Of a DNA stretch of 64,000 nt, positions 9,697-18,548 are shown piece by piece; the stretch's first letter is position 1, and each line of letters begins with the position of its first letter. The notes beneath the pieces were generated by a model. It made no database searches. It was not told the origin of the DNA and saw only the letters and a list, made by a program, of their open reading frames with translations. This DNA is from Rhodothermales bacterium. Its GTDB lineage: Bacteria; Bacteroidota; Rhodothermia; Rhodothermales; UBA10348. The translations under genes were made by a program, and so were the position numbers. The DNA is taken from NCBI GenBank assembly GCA_029249345.1, contig JAQWHM010000015.1, positions 73,036-137,035 of the forward strand. Reading direction: 5' to 3'.

Positions 9697-11610
9697 CTAT
9701 TTGTAACTACGAGTAGTGAGTTCAACGTTTTCGTAGACCAGATCTTCCTTGTGAAGCTCATGGCCACTCTCAGTGAATTGCCAGGCAGATACAAAAGTGA
9801 AGTCGTCATCGTTACGTTTGGCTTCGCCTTCTTCGCTTTGATGTTCTTCACGGAAATGTCCGCCACAGGATTCCTCACGGGTGAGTGCATCCCGAGCCAT
9901 GAGTTCGCCTAGCTCAAGGAAATCAGCTACACGACCTGCGAATTCCAGGTCCTTGTTCAGATGAGAGTTCTCGCCCGAAACTTTAACATTCTGCCAGAAG
10001 TCTTCCCGCAGTGCTGCTATTTCGGAAATCGCCTTTTGCAAACCCTCCGCCGTACGCGACATGCCCACGTAGTTCCACATAATCTTACCCAGTTCACGAT
10101 GGAACTCGGAGACTGTTTTGGTACCCTTGATGGAGAGTAATTTATTGAGGCGATCGGTTGCTTCTGCTTCGGCCTCAACGAATGCAATGTGATCTGTATC
10201 GGCAGCGTCTAATTTGTTGCTGGCGATATAATTTCCTAGCGTGTAGGGAGCAACGAAATACCCGTCTGCCAATCCTTGCATTAGAGCCGAGGCACCGAGT
10301 CGGTTAGCTCCGTGATCCGAGAAGTTTGCCTCTCCTAACACGAATAATCCTGGAACCGTGCTTTGAAGTTCGTAATCAACCCATAATCCGCCCATTGTGT
10401 AGTGGACAGCCGGGTAGATGCGCATCGGCATTTCGTACGGATTTTCTCCCGTAATACGTTCGTACATCTCGAAAAGGTTGCCATATCGGGCTTCTATGAC
10501 GTCACGACCTAGGCGTTGAATAGACTCTTCGAAGTCTAGATAGACGGCAAGCTTTGTTTCGCCGACGCCCCTTCCGTCGTCGCATGCCAGTTTGGCATTT
10601 CTGGAGGCCACATCACGAGGAACGAGATTTCCAAAGCTTGGATATCGGCGTTCTAGATAGTAGTCCCGTTCGTCTTCTGGAATATCCTTTGGATTACGAT
10701 CGTCGCCCACTTTTTTCGGTACCCAAACGCGGCCGTCGTTTCTGAGACTTTCAGACATCAGGGTTAGTTTGGACTGGTAGTCCCCTGACATCGGTATGCA
10801 CGTGGGATGAATCTGTGTAAAGCAAGGATTTGCGAAATACGCCCCTTTCTTATGACAGCGCCACGCCGCCGTTGCGTTCGAGTTAATAGCATTGGTTGAG
10901 AGGTAGTACACATTGCCGTAGCCTCCTGTACACAGGAGAACCGCGTCTGCGATGTGGCGCTCGATTTCTCCCGTTACCAGATTGCGGGTAATAATTCCTC
11001 TCGCTCGGCCATCAATTTTGACGAGTTCGAGCATCTCCTGCCGAGGAAACATGTCGACGTTTCCTTTGGCAATCTGTCGACTCAGGGAGGAATAGGCGCC
11101 CAACAGAAGCTGCTGTCCCGTCTGGCCTCGAGCGTAAAAGGTCCGAGAGACCTGAGCTCCTCCAAAAGAGCGATTATCCAGGAGCCCGCCATATTCACGT
11201 GCAAAAGGAACCCCCTGAGCAACGCATTGATCGATAATATTATTGGCTATTTGCGCCAAGCGATGCACATTTGCCTCGCGAGACCGATAGTCCCCGCCTT
11301 TTACCGTGTCGTAGAACAGTCTCCAAACGGTGTCCCCATCATTCGGATAATTTTTTGCTGCATTAATACCGCCCTGCGCTGCAATCGAGTGAGCGCGTCT
11401 GGGAGAATCCGAAATACAGAAGCTTTTGACGTGGTAACCCAACTCAGCTAATGTAGACGCTGCTGAGCCTCCGGCCAGACCCGTACCAACAACGATAACA
11501 GAGTGCTTCCGCTTATTGGCTGGATTAACCAGTTTAATTTTATTTTTATAGTTGTCCCACTTTTCTTGTAGCGGGCCTTCGGGAATTTTTGAGTCGAGAA
11601 CCGTTGACAT
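9697..11610 (-). CDS. sdhA: Succinate dehydrogenase / fumarate reductase flavoprotein subunit
   Basis: 637 aa. FAD fold [14 protein letters not shown], covalent-FAD His context [21 protein letters not shown] motif. Confidence 0.97.
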   Translation of the reverse strand: MSTVLDSKIPEGPLQEKWDNYKNKIKLVNPANKRKHSVIVVGTGLAGGSAASTLAELGYHVKSFCISDSPRRAHSIAAQGGINAAKNYPNDGDTVWRLFYDTVKGGDYRSREANVHRLAQIANNIIDQCVAQGVPFAREYGGLLDNRSFGGAQVSRTFYARGQTGQQLLLGAYSSLSRQIAKGNVDMFPRQEMLELVKIDGRARGIITRNLVTGEIERHIADAVLLCTGGYGNVYYLSTNAINSNATAAWRCHKKGAYFANPCFTQIHPTCIPMSGDYQSKLTLMSESLRNDGRVWVPKKVGDDRNPKDIPEDERDYYLERRYPSFGNLVPRDVASRNAKLACDDGRGVGETKLAVYLDFEESIQRLGRDVIEARYGNLFEMYERITGENPYEMPMRIYPAVHYTMGGLWVDYELQSTVPGLFVLGEANFSDHGANRLGASALMQGLADGYFVAPYTLGNYIASNKLDAADTDHIAFVEAEAEATDRLNKLLSIKGTKTVSEFHRELGKIMWNYVGMSRTAEGLQKAISEIAALREDFWQNVKVSGENSHLNKDLEFAGRVADFLELGELMARDALTREESCGGHFREEHQSEEGEAKRNDDDFTFVSAWQFTESGHELHKEDLVYENVELTTRSYK

Positions 11611-11640
11611 AATTCGAAGGGTTAAAACTACCCGGGTGGG

Positions 11641-12339
11641 CTAAAGAAGGTTGAAATAGATGGCCATGGGCAGTGCGATGAAGCCAAGTCCGATTAAAAC
11701 GCCAATCAAAGATCCAATCGTGTACACAGCAGGGGTCAGCGAAGGACGCATAGCGCCCAAAGACTGTAGCGCGCTCCAGATACCGTGCCTGAGGTGAATG
11801 ACCAGCAAAAGCATTACAGCCGTGTAACCAAAGGCGTACAGAGGAGTGGAGAACTTTTCCTCCACCAGCTTGGCTAAATCTCGCATTTCGACCCCGTCTA
11901 TGGAGGTCATGTAGGCTGCGTCAGCATTTCCTGGGCCGCCGGGGCCAAATTTGAACGAAGCAATGTGAAGCACAAGGAAGACGGCCATGACAACGCCGGT
12001 AATAATCATACTCCGAGAGCTAGATGTCTGCCGACTCATCCCTCCCGCTGACTTGTACGTGTCGTACGCTACCGGGCGAGCTCTCCGTTTGCCGATCGCG
12101 ATTTGGATGCCGTTGACGATATGGAATACAAAAAACGCAACGAGTCCAAACTCGAATAGGTAGAGGACTGGGCCGAGGCTCATAAGAAAGTGAGCATATT
12201 CATTATATGCTTCGCTTCCTGAAAACATAGCCAAATTGCCGACCATGTGAACAATCACAAATCCGGTCAAGAGAAGACCCGTAATTCCTGTGATTAGCTT
12301 CTTGCCGACGGGCGAGCGGAGTGGATTTCTAGAAGTCAT
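11641..12339 (-). CDS. sdhC: Succinate dehydrogenase cytochrome b subunit (b558 family, single membrane anchor)
   Basis: 232 aa with about 5 TM helices and conserved His residues. It is first in the sdhC-A-B order, as in Bacteroidota/Bacillus-type SQR. Confidence 0.85.
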   Translation of the reverse strand: MTSRNPLRSPVGKKLITGITGLLLTGFVIVHMVGNLAMFSGSEAYNEYAHFLMSLGPVLYLFEFGLVAFFVFHIVNGIQIAIGKRRARPVAYDTYKSAGGMSRQTSSSRSMIITGVVMAVFLVLHIASFKFGPGGPGNADAAYMTSIDGVEMRDLAKLVEEKFSTPLYAFGYTAVMLLLVIHLRHGIWSALQSLGAMRPSLTPAVYTIGSLIGVLIGLGFIALPMAIYFNLL

Positions 12340-12510
12340 AAAAGCGTCTCACACCGGAGAGTTTTCTAAAAGAAAGAGGGAAAAACCCTTTTGCGACCAT
12401 AAGGTACTAATGAAGTGGCTTGAAGACTTGAATCAAATGCACATTCCGTAATATTTGATACAAGCGGAGCACTCAGTAGACAAACGGCTTGATAACGATG
12501 AGTACGCGTG

Positions 12511-13644
12511 TCAGCTGCTTGTAGACCGATCGGCAGGACCAGCGTATGCGGCGCGGGGCCGAATCAAACGATTTTCCTTCCATTGTTCGAGAAGGTGCGC
12601 TGTCCAGCCTGTGATCCTTGCCATTGCAAAAATCGGCGTGAAGAGGTCCATGGGGATTCCCAACGTGCCGTATACGGAAGCTGAAAAGAAGTCCACATTG
12701 GGATAAAGTCCTTTTTCCTTTTCGACCACTTCTTTGATTTGAAGGCTCATGTCGTACCACTTTCTAGATCCGTCAGAGGCTGACATTTGGTCCATCATCT
12801 CCTTTAAAATCGTGGCACGCGGATCAATCGTTTTATAGACACGATGGCCAAAACCCATAATGCGTTCCTTACGGGCTAACTTTTCCTTCACCCATTGCCG
12901 GGGGTCGGCACCACTTCGATCTATTTTTAAAAGCATCTCCATCACGGCAATATTGGCCCCACCATGCAAAGGGCCTTTTAGCGCTCCGATGGCTCCCGAA
13001 ATGGCAGAATACATGTCCGTCAACGTTGCACCGATCACTCTCCCAGCAAATGTTGATGCATTTAAGCCATGTTCAGCATGTAGAACGAGACAAGCGTCGA
13101 ATGCCTTTTCTGCTGCCTCAGAGGGTTCTTTTCCGTGTAGCATGTACAAGAAATTGGCAGCGGTAGATCGGTCTCGAAGAGGGTGCTGCGGGTCCAGTCC
13201 ATTTCGCACGCGATCAAAATGGGCGAGTATCGTGGGAATTCGCGCAGTAAGGCGAACGGATTTTCTGTAATTCGCGGCCGGAGCGGCATCATCGGCTTCA
13301 CCGTCGAATAGCGCGAGAGCGGATACAGCCGTTCGAAGAACCGCCATTGGATTGGCATCCTCAGGCGTCATTGCTAGAACATCTTTCACCATCGGAGGCA
13401 AAGTGCGCTCCGTATCTAACGACCTTTTCAGGTGTTCTAATTGATGGGACTCGGGTAAAGCACCATTCCAGAGGAGGTAGGCTACCTCCTCAAAACTCGT
13501 GTTTCGGGCTAGGTCTCTGATGTCGTAGCCGCTGTACACCAAGCGTCCTATCGTTCCGTCAATATCGCATATGGCAGTGTCTAGGGCGATGACTCCTTCA
13601 AGGCCACGAGAAGGGGTAGCTGACTTGTTCTGTGATTTACTCAT
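12511..13644 (-). CDS. gltA: Citrate synthase (short, dimeric type)
   Basis: 377 aa. Motifs GPLHGGA, GFGHRVYKTIDPRA, NVDFFSA. Same strand as sdhCAB and upstream of it. Confidence 0.93.
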   Translation of the reverse strand: MSKSQNKSATPSRGLEGVIALDTAICDIDGTIGRLVYSGYDIRDLARNTSFEEVAYLLWNGALPESHQLEHLKRSLDTERTLPPMVKDVLAMTPEDANPMAVLRTAVSALALFDGEADDAAPAANYRKSVRLTARIPTILAHFDRVRNGLDPQHPLRDRSTAANFLYMLHGKEPSEAAEKAFDACLVLHAEHGLNASTFAGRVIGATLTDMYSAISGAIGALKGPLHGGANIAVMEMLLKIDRSGADPRQWVKEKLARKERIMGFGHRVYKTIDPRATILKEMMDQMSASDGSRKWYDMSLQIKEVVEKEKGLYPNVDFFSASVYGTLGIPMDLFTPIFAMARITGWTAHLLEQWKENRLIRPRAAYAGPADRSTSS

Positions 13645-13775
13645 GGACCCAACATAAAAAACAGATTAGAATGAAGACACCTAGTTGGGAGACAATAGGA
13701 ACCATCCGGTCACCTTATACCTCACCGGGGATCATTTTCCCCTCTCGAGAGAATAACGGCAGTGACTATAGAATT

Positions 13776-13800
13776 TAAATCAAGGATCAACCTTGATTTA
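13776..13800. promoter_or_regulatory. Perfect 10-bp inverted repeat in the long region upstream of the ribonuclease gene
   Basis: TAAATCAAGG (13776-13785), loop atcaa, CCTTGATTTA (13791-13800). It lies inside the 564-bp non-coding gap 13645-14208 between divergent gltA and the RNase gene. It could be an operator or an RNA hairpin; function unknown. Confidence 0.3.
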
Positions 13801-14208
13801 ACCCGCATGCCCGTTCGCTCTGTCGTTTCAGCGACGTCAAGTCTAAGCTTTGATGTTATCACCCTTGTCAATTTTTGTATCCAAACTCACGGCCATGATC
13901 GTGACGTGGATGATTGACATGCAAGGAATCGCCAGATTTACAAGCCGAATGGAACCCCAGATGCAAATTGAATCGTCCGGATTCGGAATTCAAAATGCAT
14001 CGACCTTCCTATCACAGTTTATCCAGTATTGCAGAACGACCTTCATCAAAGGCGTGCCACTGGAAGGAAATCAAGAAATTCCGTTACGGATTGGTCAGAC
14101 TATTTTCGGCCAACAAGTCCATCTAACTGGGACATTTCACGCTCTAAGAATTCATTCCTTCCGCCATCGGTACATGATGGAAAAACCGTTTCTGCCCGAC
14201 AATCGTTT

Positions 14209-17200
14209 ATGTCGAAAGAAATTGTTGTTAACAAAGGAGAGCAGACCCGGATCGCCATCGTTGAGAACGGTGATCTTGCGGAGCTTTTTATCGAAAATCA
14301 GGAGCACGAACGCACCATTGGGAATATTTTTCTTGGCAGGGTCCGACGGATCATGCCGAGTATCCAAGCGGCGTTTGTAGATATTGGGCAGAAGCAGGAT
14401 GCATTCCTGCATTTTTCCGATCTGATTGAAAATGTAGAAGACTGGATGCGGTACGCAGGTACTGATCGTCCTGTCATCGGCAAGTTCGAGGGGAACTATA
14501 CCACCAAACCGGCCAAAAAGAAGCGGCGACACCCTAGCGGTTCTCAAGACCGACGAGGCCGAGGAAACGGCAGCTCTTCCGGCGACCATCATCACGTAGC
14601 TGACGAGAAAAGCAGAGACAAGCGAAAGTCTGCTCAGCAGCGCCAACACGGCCGACGCGACTCCTCGCATGATTCTCGCGGCGGTTCGGATGACGTGCCT
14701 ATGGTAGACCCCACGACTTTTCTCAAGAAGGATCAGCCGATTTTGGTCAAAATCAGTAAGGAGCCGATTGCCAATAAGGGCAGTCGGATCACGACGGATA
14801 TCTCTCTTGCTGGAAGATTCTTGGTCTTGGTGCCGATGGCCAATTATGTGGCTGTTTCCAAGAAGATCATGTCTTTTAAAGAACGCCGTCGTTTGCGGGC
14901 TCTGGCAAAAAGTCTTTTGCCTGAAGGGTTTGGCGTTATCGTTCGAACCGTTGCAGACGGGCGAAGTGCAAAGGCATTGGACACAGATCTGAATCTTCTG
15001 ATCGATAAGTGGAAAAAGCTTGAGCAGAAAATGCACACGGGGCCCAAGCCTCCTTCGGTAGTCCACGAAGATGTGAATATGGTTTCCTCAATTATGAGAG
15101 ACCTGTTTACCGAAGATTATGATCGCATTTTAATTGACGATCAGCGTCTGTACAGAAACTTAAAAGGATATGTTCAGGCGATTGCACCTCAACTGGCAGA
15201 TAATGTGATACATCATCAAGATGAAAAGCCCGTTTTTGAAAAGGTTGGAATTGCCAACGCGGTTCAAGAAGCGTTTGAGGATCGCGTAAATCTACCATCG
15301 GGTGGATATCTGTTCATTGAGCAGACCGAAGCGATGCATGTGATTGACGTAAACTCAGGGCGTGCCGGTCGCGGACTTTCTCAGGAAGAAAATTCGCTGC
15401 GGGTAAATATTGAATCTGCCCGTGTGTTGTGTAAGCAGGTTAGGTTGAGAGATTTAGGCGGAATTATAGTGGTTGACTTCATTGACATGCGCAATGACAG
15501 GAATCGCCGTAAGGTTTATGACGCGCTCAAGACCGAGTTTAGGAAAGATCGCGCAGTTACCAAGGTTCTTCCCATGAGTGATTTTGGGCTCATCCAGATC
15601 ACTAGGCAGCGATTACGACCTAGTATTACAAAAACATTTTCGCTTCCAGAGGGTGGAGAGAAGCTCCCACTCACCCATCGCGATAAAGGAACTGTACAGT
15701 ATGTTGATGCAGGGCACGCCAGGATTGAACCGGTAGATCTGCGTTCGAAAGTTGAGGAGTGGATTGCTGATTTCAAGAATTCTGGACTTGGCGGTAAAGT
15801 GCGCTTAGTGGTTCACCCGTTCACAGCATTGTATTTCAAAGAAGGATTATTTTCAACCACCTTCAAATGGTATCTGAAATACGGTGTTCGTGTCAAGGTC
15901 GAAGAGGATTCTAAAGTTGATCCCCTTTCATTTCAGTTTTTTGAGGTGAAGTCCGGGAAAAACATCTCGAAGTTGCCTCGCAAACCGCAAGCAAAAAAGG
16001 AAGGGCGGAAGCCTCAAACCGACAATCGACGTGGTTCAAAAGGAGCTAAACGCTCTCATGACTCCAGGGATGGTGGAGAGCGTAAAGGGCGATCCTCTTC
16101 ACAGAGTAGTAATTCAGGCCGAGGAAGGCGGCGACCAGAGGGAGCCGCTGGAGGTGGCTCTTCGGATTCTAATAGAAGGGGACGAGGCGCTGATTCAACG
16201 TCCCGCGATGGGGGTAGAGGCGATTCACGTCGAGATGATTCACGCCGCTCCGACTCGCGTCGTAGTGATTCCTCGTCCCGCGATGGGGGTAGAGAGGATT
16301 CACGCCGAGATGATTCACGTCGAGATGATTCACGTCGCTCCGATTCACGTAGAGATGATTCACGCCGCTCCGACTCGCGTCGTAGTGATTCCTCGTCCCG
16401 CGATGGGGGTAGAGATGATTCACGTCGAGATGATTCACGTCGAGATGATTCACGTCGAGATGATTCACGCCGAGATGATTCACGCCGAGATGATTCACGC
16501 CGCTCCGACTCGCGTCGTAGTGATTCCTCGTCCCGCGATGGGGCTAGAGATGATTCACGCCGAGATGATTCACGCCGCTCCGACTCGCGTCGTAGTGATT
16601 CCTCGTCCCGCGATGGGGATAGAGATGATTCACGCCGCTCCGACTCACGTCGTACTGATTCCTCATCCCGTGATGACTCACGTCAACAATCTTCCCGCGA
16701 AGCAACATTGCCCGCAGCGTCACCCGCAAAGGCAATTACTGAAAGCCCAGTTGAGAAGAAGATTGAGCCTCGGCCAGATTTGACTACTGGAATTACGCGT
16801 GCCGCGAAACCAGAGGCTGCGAAACCAAAGATGATCGCCTCAAAGCCAGAAGTGAAAAAGCTTGCGGCTGAAACGGCTACTCTTCCTGAACAGGTTAAAG
16901 AGGTCGTTGCTTCTGCGCCCAAGGCCGAAGTGAAAACTGAATCAGCTAGTGTTGAGAAGCCAAAGACCGTAAAGGCTAAGGCACCAACCAAGGTCAAAGC
17001 AAAAGCCAAAGCGCCGGCCGAGGCTAAAGAGTCAGCGAAAGAGAAGGCACCTGCTAAGGCGAAGGCACCTGCTAAGGCTAAGGCATCAGCGAAAGAGAAG
17101 GCACCAGCCAAGGCTAAGGCACCAGCGAAAGCGAAAGCACCAGCCAGGGCTAAGGCACCAGCGAAAGCGAAAGCACCAGCCAAGGCTAAAGCGCCTGAGA

Positions 17201-17394
17201 AAGCCAAGGCACCAGCCAAGGCTAAAGCGCCTGAGAAAGCCAAGGCACCAGCTAAAACGAAACCAGCATCTAAAAAAGCTGCATCACCTGAGACAAAAAA
17301 GGCTTCAACCAGTCCTTCTCGAGTGTACACCATAGATCTGACTTCTAAAGCTCAAAATGCGGCCTCAAAAGGTGACGACTCAGACGGAGAGTAA
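14209..17394 (+). CDS. Rne/Rng-family endoribonuclease (RNase E/G) with internal basic insert and ~480-aa repeat-built disordered C-terminal tail
   Basis: The track ORF starts at 14029, but the first 60 codons look non-protein-like. ATG at 14209 gives MSKEIVVNKGEQTRIAIVENGDLAELFIENQEHERTIGNIFLGRVRRIMPSIQAAFVDIG (the canonical RNase E/G N-terminus and S1 domain). The catalytic core includes GGYLFIEQTEAMHVIDVNSG and LGGIIVVDFIDM. The tail runs from about 15960. Confidence 0.92.
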   Translation: MSKEIVVNKGEQTRIAIVENGDLAELFIENQEHERTIGNIFLGRVRRIMPSIQAAFVDIGQKQDAFLHFSDLIENVEDWMRYAGTDRPVIGKFEGNYTTKPAKKKRRHPSGSQDRRGRGNGSSSGDHHHVADEKSRDKRKSAQQRQHGRRDSSHDSRGGSDDVPMVDPTTFLKKDQPILVKISKEPIANKGSRITTDISLAGRFLVLVPMANYVAVSKKIMSFKERRRLRALAKSLLPEGFGVIVRTVADGRSAKALDTDLNLLIDKWKKLEQKMHTGPKPPSVVHEDVNMVSSIMRDLFTEDYDRILIDDQRLYRNLKGYVQAIAPQLADNVIHHQDEKPVFEKVGIANAVQEAFEDRVNLPSGGYLFIEQTEAMHVIDVNSGRAGRGLSQEENSLRVNIESARVLCKQVRLRDLGGIIVVDFIDMRNDRNRRKVYDALKTEFRKDRAVTKVLPMSDFGLIQITRQRLRPSITKTFSLPEGGEKLPLTHRDKGTVQYVDAGHARIEPVDLRSKVEEWIADFKNSGLGGKVRLVVHPFTALYFKEGLFSTTFKWYLKYGVRVKVEEDSKVDPLSFQFFEVKSGKNISKLPRKPQAKKEGRKPQTDNRRGSKGAKRSHDSRDGGERKGRSSSQSSNSGRGRRRPEGAAGGGSSDSNRRGRGADSTSRDGGRGDSRRDDSRRSDSRRSDSSSRDGGREDSRRDDSRRDDSRRSDSRRDDSRRSDSRRSDSSSRDGGRDDSRRDDSRRDDSRRDDSRRDDSRRDDSRRSDSRRSDSSSRDGARDDSRRDDSRRSDSRRSDSSSRDGDRDDSRRSDSRRTDSSSRDDSRQQSSREATLPAASPAKAITESPVEKKIEPRPDLTTGITRAAKPEAAKPKMIASKPEVKKLAAETATLPEQVKEVVASAPKAEVKTESASVEKPKTVKAKAPTKVKAKAKAPAEAKESAKEKAPAKAKAPAKAKASAKEKAPAKAKAPAKAKAPARAKAPAKAKAPAKAKAPEKAKAPAKAKAPEKAKAPAKTKPASKKAASPETKKASTSPSRVYTIDLTSKAQNAASKGDDSDGE
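16201..16680 (+). repeat. In-frame nested tandem repeat (macro-units of 75/120/135/75/60 bp built from 15-bp modules) encoding SRDGGRxDS(RRDDS)n RRSDSRRSDSS
   Basis: Macro-units each begin tcccgcgatgggg at 16201, 16276, 16396, 16531 and 16606, with a degenerate copy at 16666. The internal 15-bp module is cgagatgattcacgY, with variable copy number per unit. Confidence 0.95.
16960..17280 (+). repeat. In-frame low-complexity repeat encoding (K/E)AKAPA units (Ala/Lys/Pro-rich, histone-H1/AlgP-like)
   Basis: Roughly 18-bp periodicity (gcgaaggcacctgctaag variants). The protein reads KAKAPTKVKAKAKAPAEAKESAKEKAPAKAKAPAKAKASAKEKAPAKAKAPAKAKAPARAKAPAKAKAPAKAKAPEKAKAPAKAKAPEKAKAPAKTKP. Confidence 0.95.
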
Positions 17395-17470
17395 GCGAAC
17401 TGACGGGTGATTGGGTTTGACCTTGTTAGCCGATCTGCCGTGGTGTAGTGTTACATCATTCCCTGAATCT

Positions 17471-18193
17471 ATGAGATTGCGTCTATTCACTGTTATGTGT
17501 TTTGTCTTGGTCGCCGATGCGCGCGCCCAGGTACCCTATGGACAGCAGGATATACCTTCCCAGAGAGCAGGTCTAATGATGTCTACATTGGACTTCAAGT
17601 TTGTTGGAAACGCACCCTCTGAGCTTGTGTTTGCCTTCACGAATCCAACCTACGGAGTCTTCTATAGCAGACAGGAGATCTTTTTCTCTTATACCCGTGG
17701 GGCGCAGGACCTTAGCGGTGGCGATCGTCTTGTACTTTCGGATGCCACTATGTCTGGTTGGGCGCCCGTTCGACCATTTAAAGGAGATACACCTAGGAAG
17801 CTAGATGTGTTTTTCCCTCTCGGATTAAACAGTGACTTCAGGAAAATCGTTCGGACCAAGGGATCGACTGAAATTGATGCCTTTGAATACACTGTTGTCG
17901 CAGTGGGAGCAGGCGTAGGTTTCGGAATAGAAACAGGTGCAGGATACCTTTCAGGGTATGCCCTTCCGTTCTTTGGTATCGCTTCTCGATCATTTGGAAA
18001 TGATACAGATACGTCAGCCATCGTGACTGCAAACGCCGAATGGCTGTCTCGTCCATTTTTAGGCCGTTTTGGGGTCTCCGTTGGATATGGGTATAGATGG
18101 CAGAAGTGGTATTCAGATGTGGGCGATATTACGGGTGATTCTTTTGATTATGTTGGGTCAAAGCACACCGTGCGGATTGGTTTGTCATATTAG
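17471..18193 (+). CDS. Hypothetical outer-membrane beta-barrel-like protein
   Basis: The track ORF starts at 17411 (TTG). ATG at 17471 gives MRLRLFTVMCFVLVADARAQ, a signal peptide. Alternating beta-strand-like pattern, Gly/aromatic-rich, C-terminal ...TVRIGLSY. Confidence 0.65.
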   Translation: MRLRLFTVMCFVLVADARAQVPYGQQDIPSQRAGLMMSTLDFKFVGNAPSELVFAFTNPTYGVFYSRQEIFFSYTRGAQDLSGGDRLVLSDATMSGWAPVRPFKGDTPRKLDVFFPLGLNSDFRKIVRTKGSTEIDAFEYTVVAVGAGVGFGIETGAGYLSGYALPFFGIASRSFGNDTDTSAIVTANAEWLSRPFLGRFGVSVGYGYRWQKWYSDVGDITGDSFDYVGSKHTVRIGLSY

Positions 18194-18257
18194 TAAGACC
18201 TTTTCTATGCTGATTGTCGTATTCTGACAATGTTGATTTCAGACGTACCATGCGAGG

Positions 18258-18548
18258 ATGAAGACAGTACAGATCGTCAAGGAACTGGAGGCAGCTGTTG
18301 AGCAGCTCGGCCTCCGCGTGAGAAGGGAAAAAGGCAATTTTCGCGGTGGCTACTGTGTGCGCAATGAGGAAGAGTTTCTGATGTTGAACCGTGTTCATCC
18401 TCCGGAAGTCCATCTCGCCGTACTAGCGGATGCATTGAAAACGATGGACGTAGATTCAGTGTACTTAAGACCTTTGGTGAGGCAGGCGCTAGAAGATGCC
18501 TGGGCTCGAAATGACGTTATTGATATCAAAGCAGAGGATGGTGACTAA
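18258..18548 (+). CDS. Small hypothetical protein (96 aa)
   Basis: ATG-initiated ORF with no competing gene. Its stop overlaps the ATG of the downstream MBL gene by 11 nt. No family recognised. Confidence 0.6.
   Translation: MKTVQIVKELEAAVEQLGLRVRREKGNFRGGYCVRNEEEFLMLNRVHPPEVHLAVLADALKTMDVDSVYLRPLVRQALEDAWARNDVIDIKAEDGD

Noticed and set aside
14029-14208. Upstream in-frame extension of the ribonuclease ORF (and the overlapping ORFs 13850-14380 and 13914-14126)
   Set aside because: The canonical RNase E/G N-terminus begins exactly at ATG 14209 (MSKEIVVNKGEQTRIAIVENG…). The 60 upstream codons are Arg/Ser/Trp-rich and unlike protein.
14152-15066. 304-aa ORF antisense to the ribonuclease core
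   Set aside because: It lies entirely inside a strongly supported CDS on the other strand. Its translation is Arg/Ser/Cys-rich and has no recognisable motifs. The same reasoning applies to 41474-42241 (255 aa, antisense to the sortilin-like gene), 10954-11451 (antisense to sdhA), 12860-13270 (antisense to gltA) and 33381-33740/33903-34247 (antisense to the carboxyltransferase).
16201-16680. Possibility that the regular repeats are a CRISPR array
   Set aside because: The units are contiguous with no unique spacers. Their lengths are multiples of 15 bp, they lie inside a continuous reading frame, and no cas genes are nearby.
16031-16783. 250-aa plus-strand ORF (…EMIHVEMIHAAPTRVVVIPRPAMG…) and the minus-strand ORFs 16169-16498 and 16544-16735 (VNHLDVNHL…) over the repeat region
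   Set aside because: These are alternative-frame or antisense read-throughs of the in-frame tandem repeat in the ribonuclease tail. Tandem repeats lacking stop triplets keep several frames open. The frame continuous with the conserved catalytic core is the real one.
16683-17333. 216-aa minus-strand ORF rich in ALALAGAFAFAG
   Set aside because: It is the antisense of the KAKAPA-coding repeat (GCx/AAG periodicity gives stop-free antisense). It has no independent start context or family resemblance.
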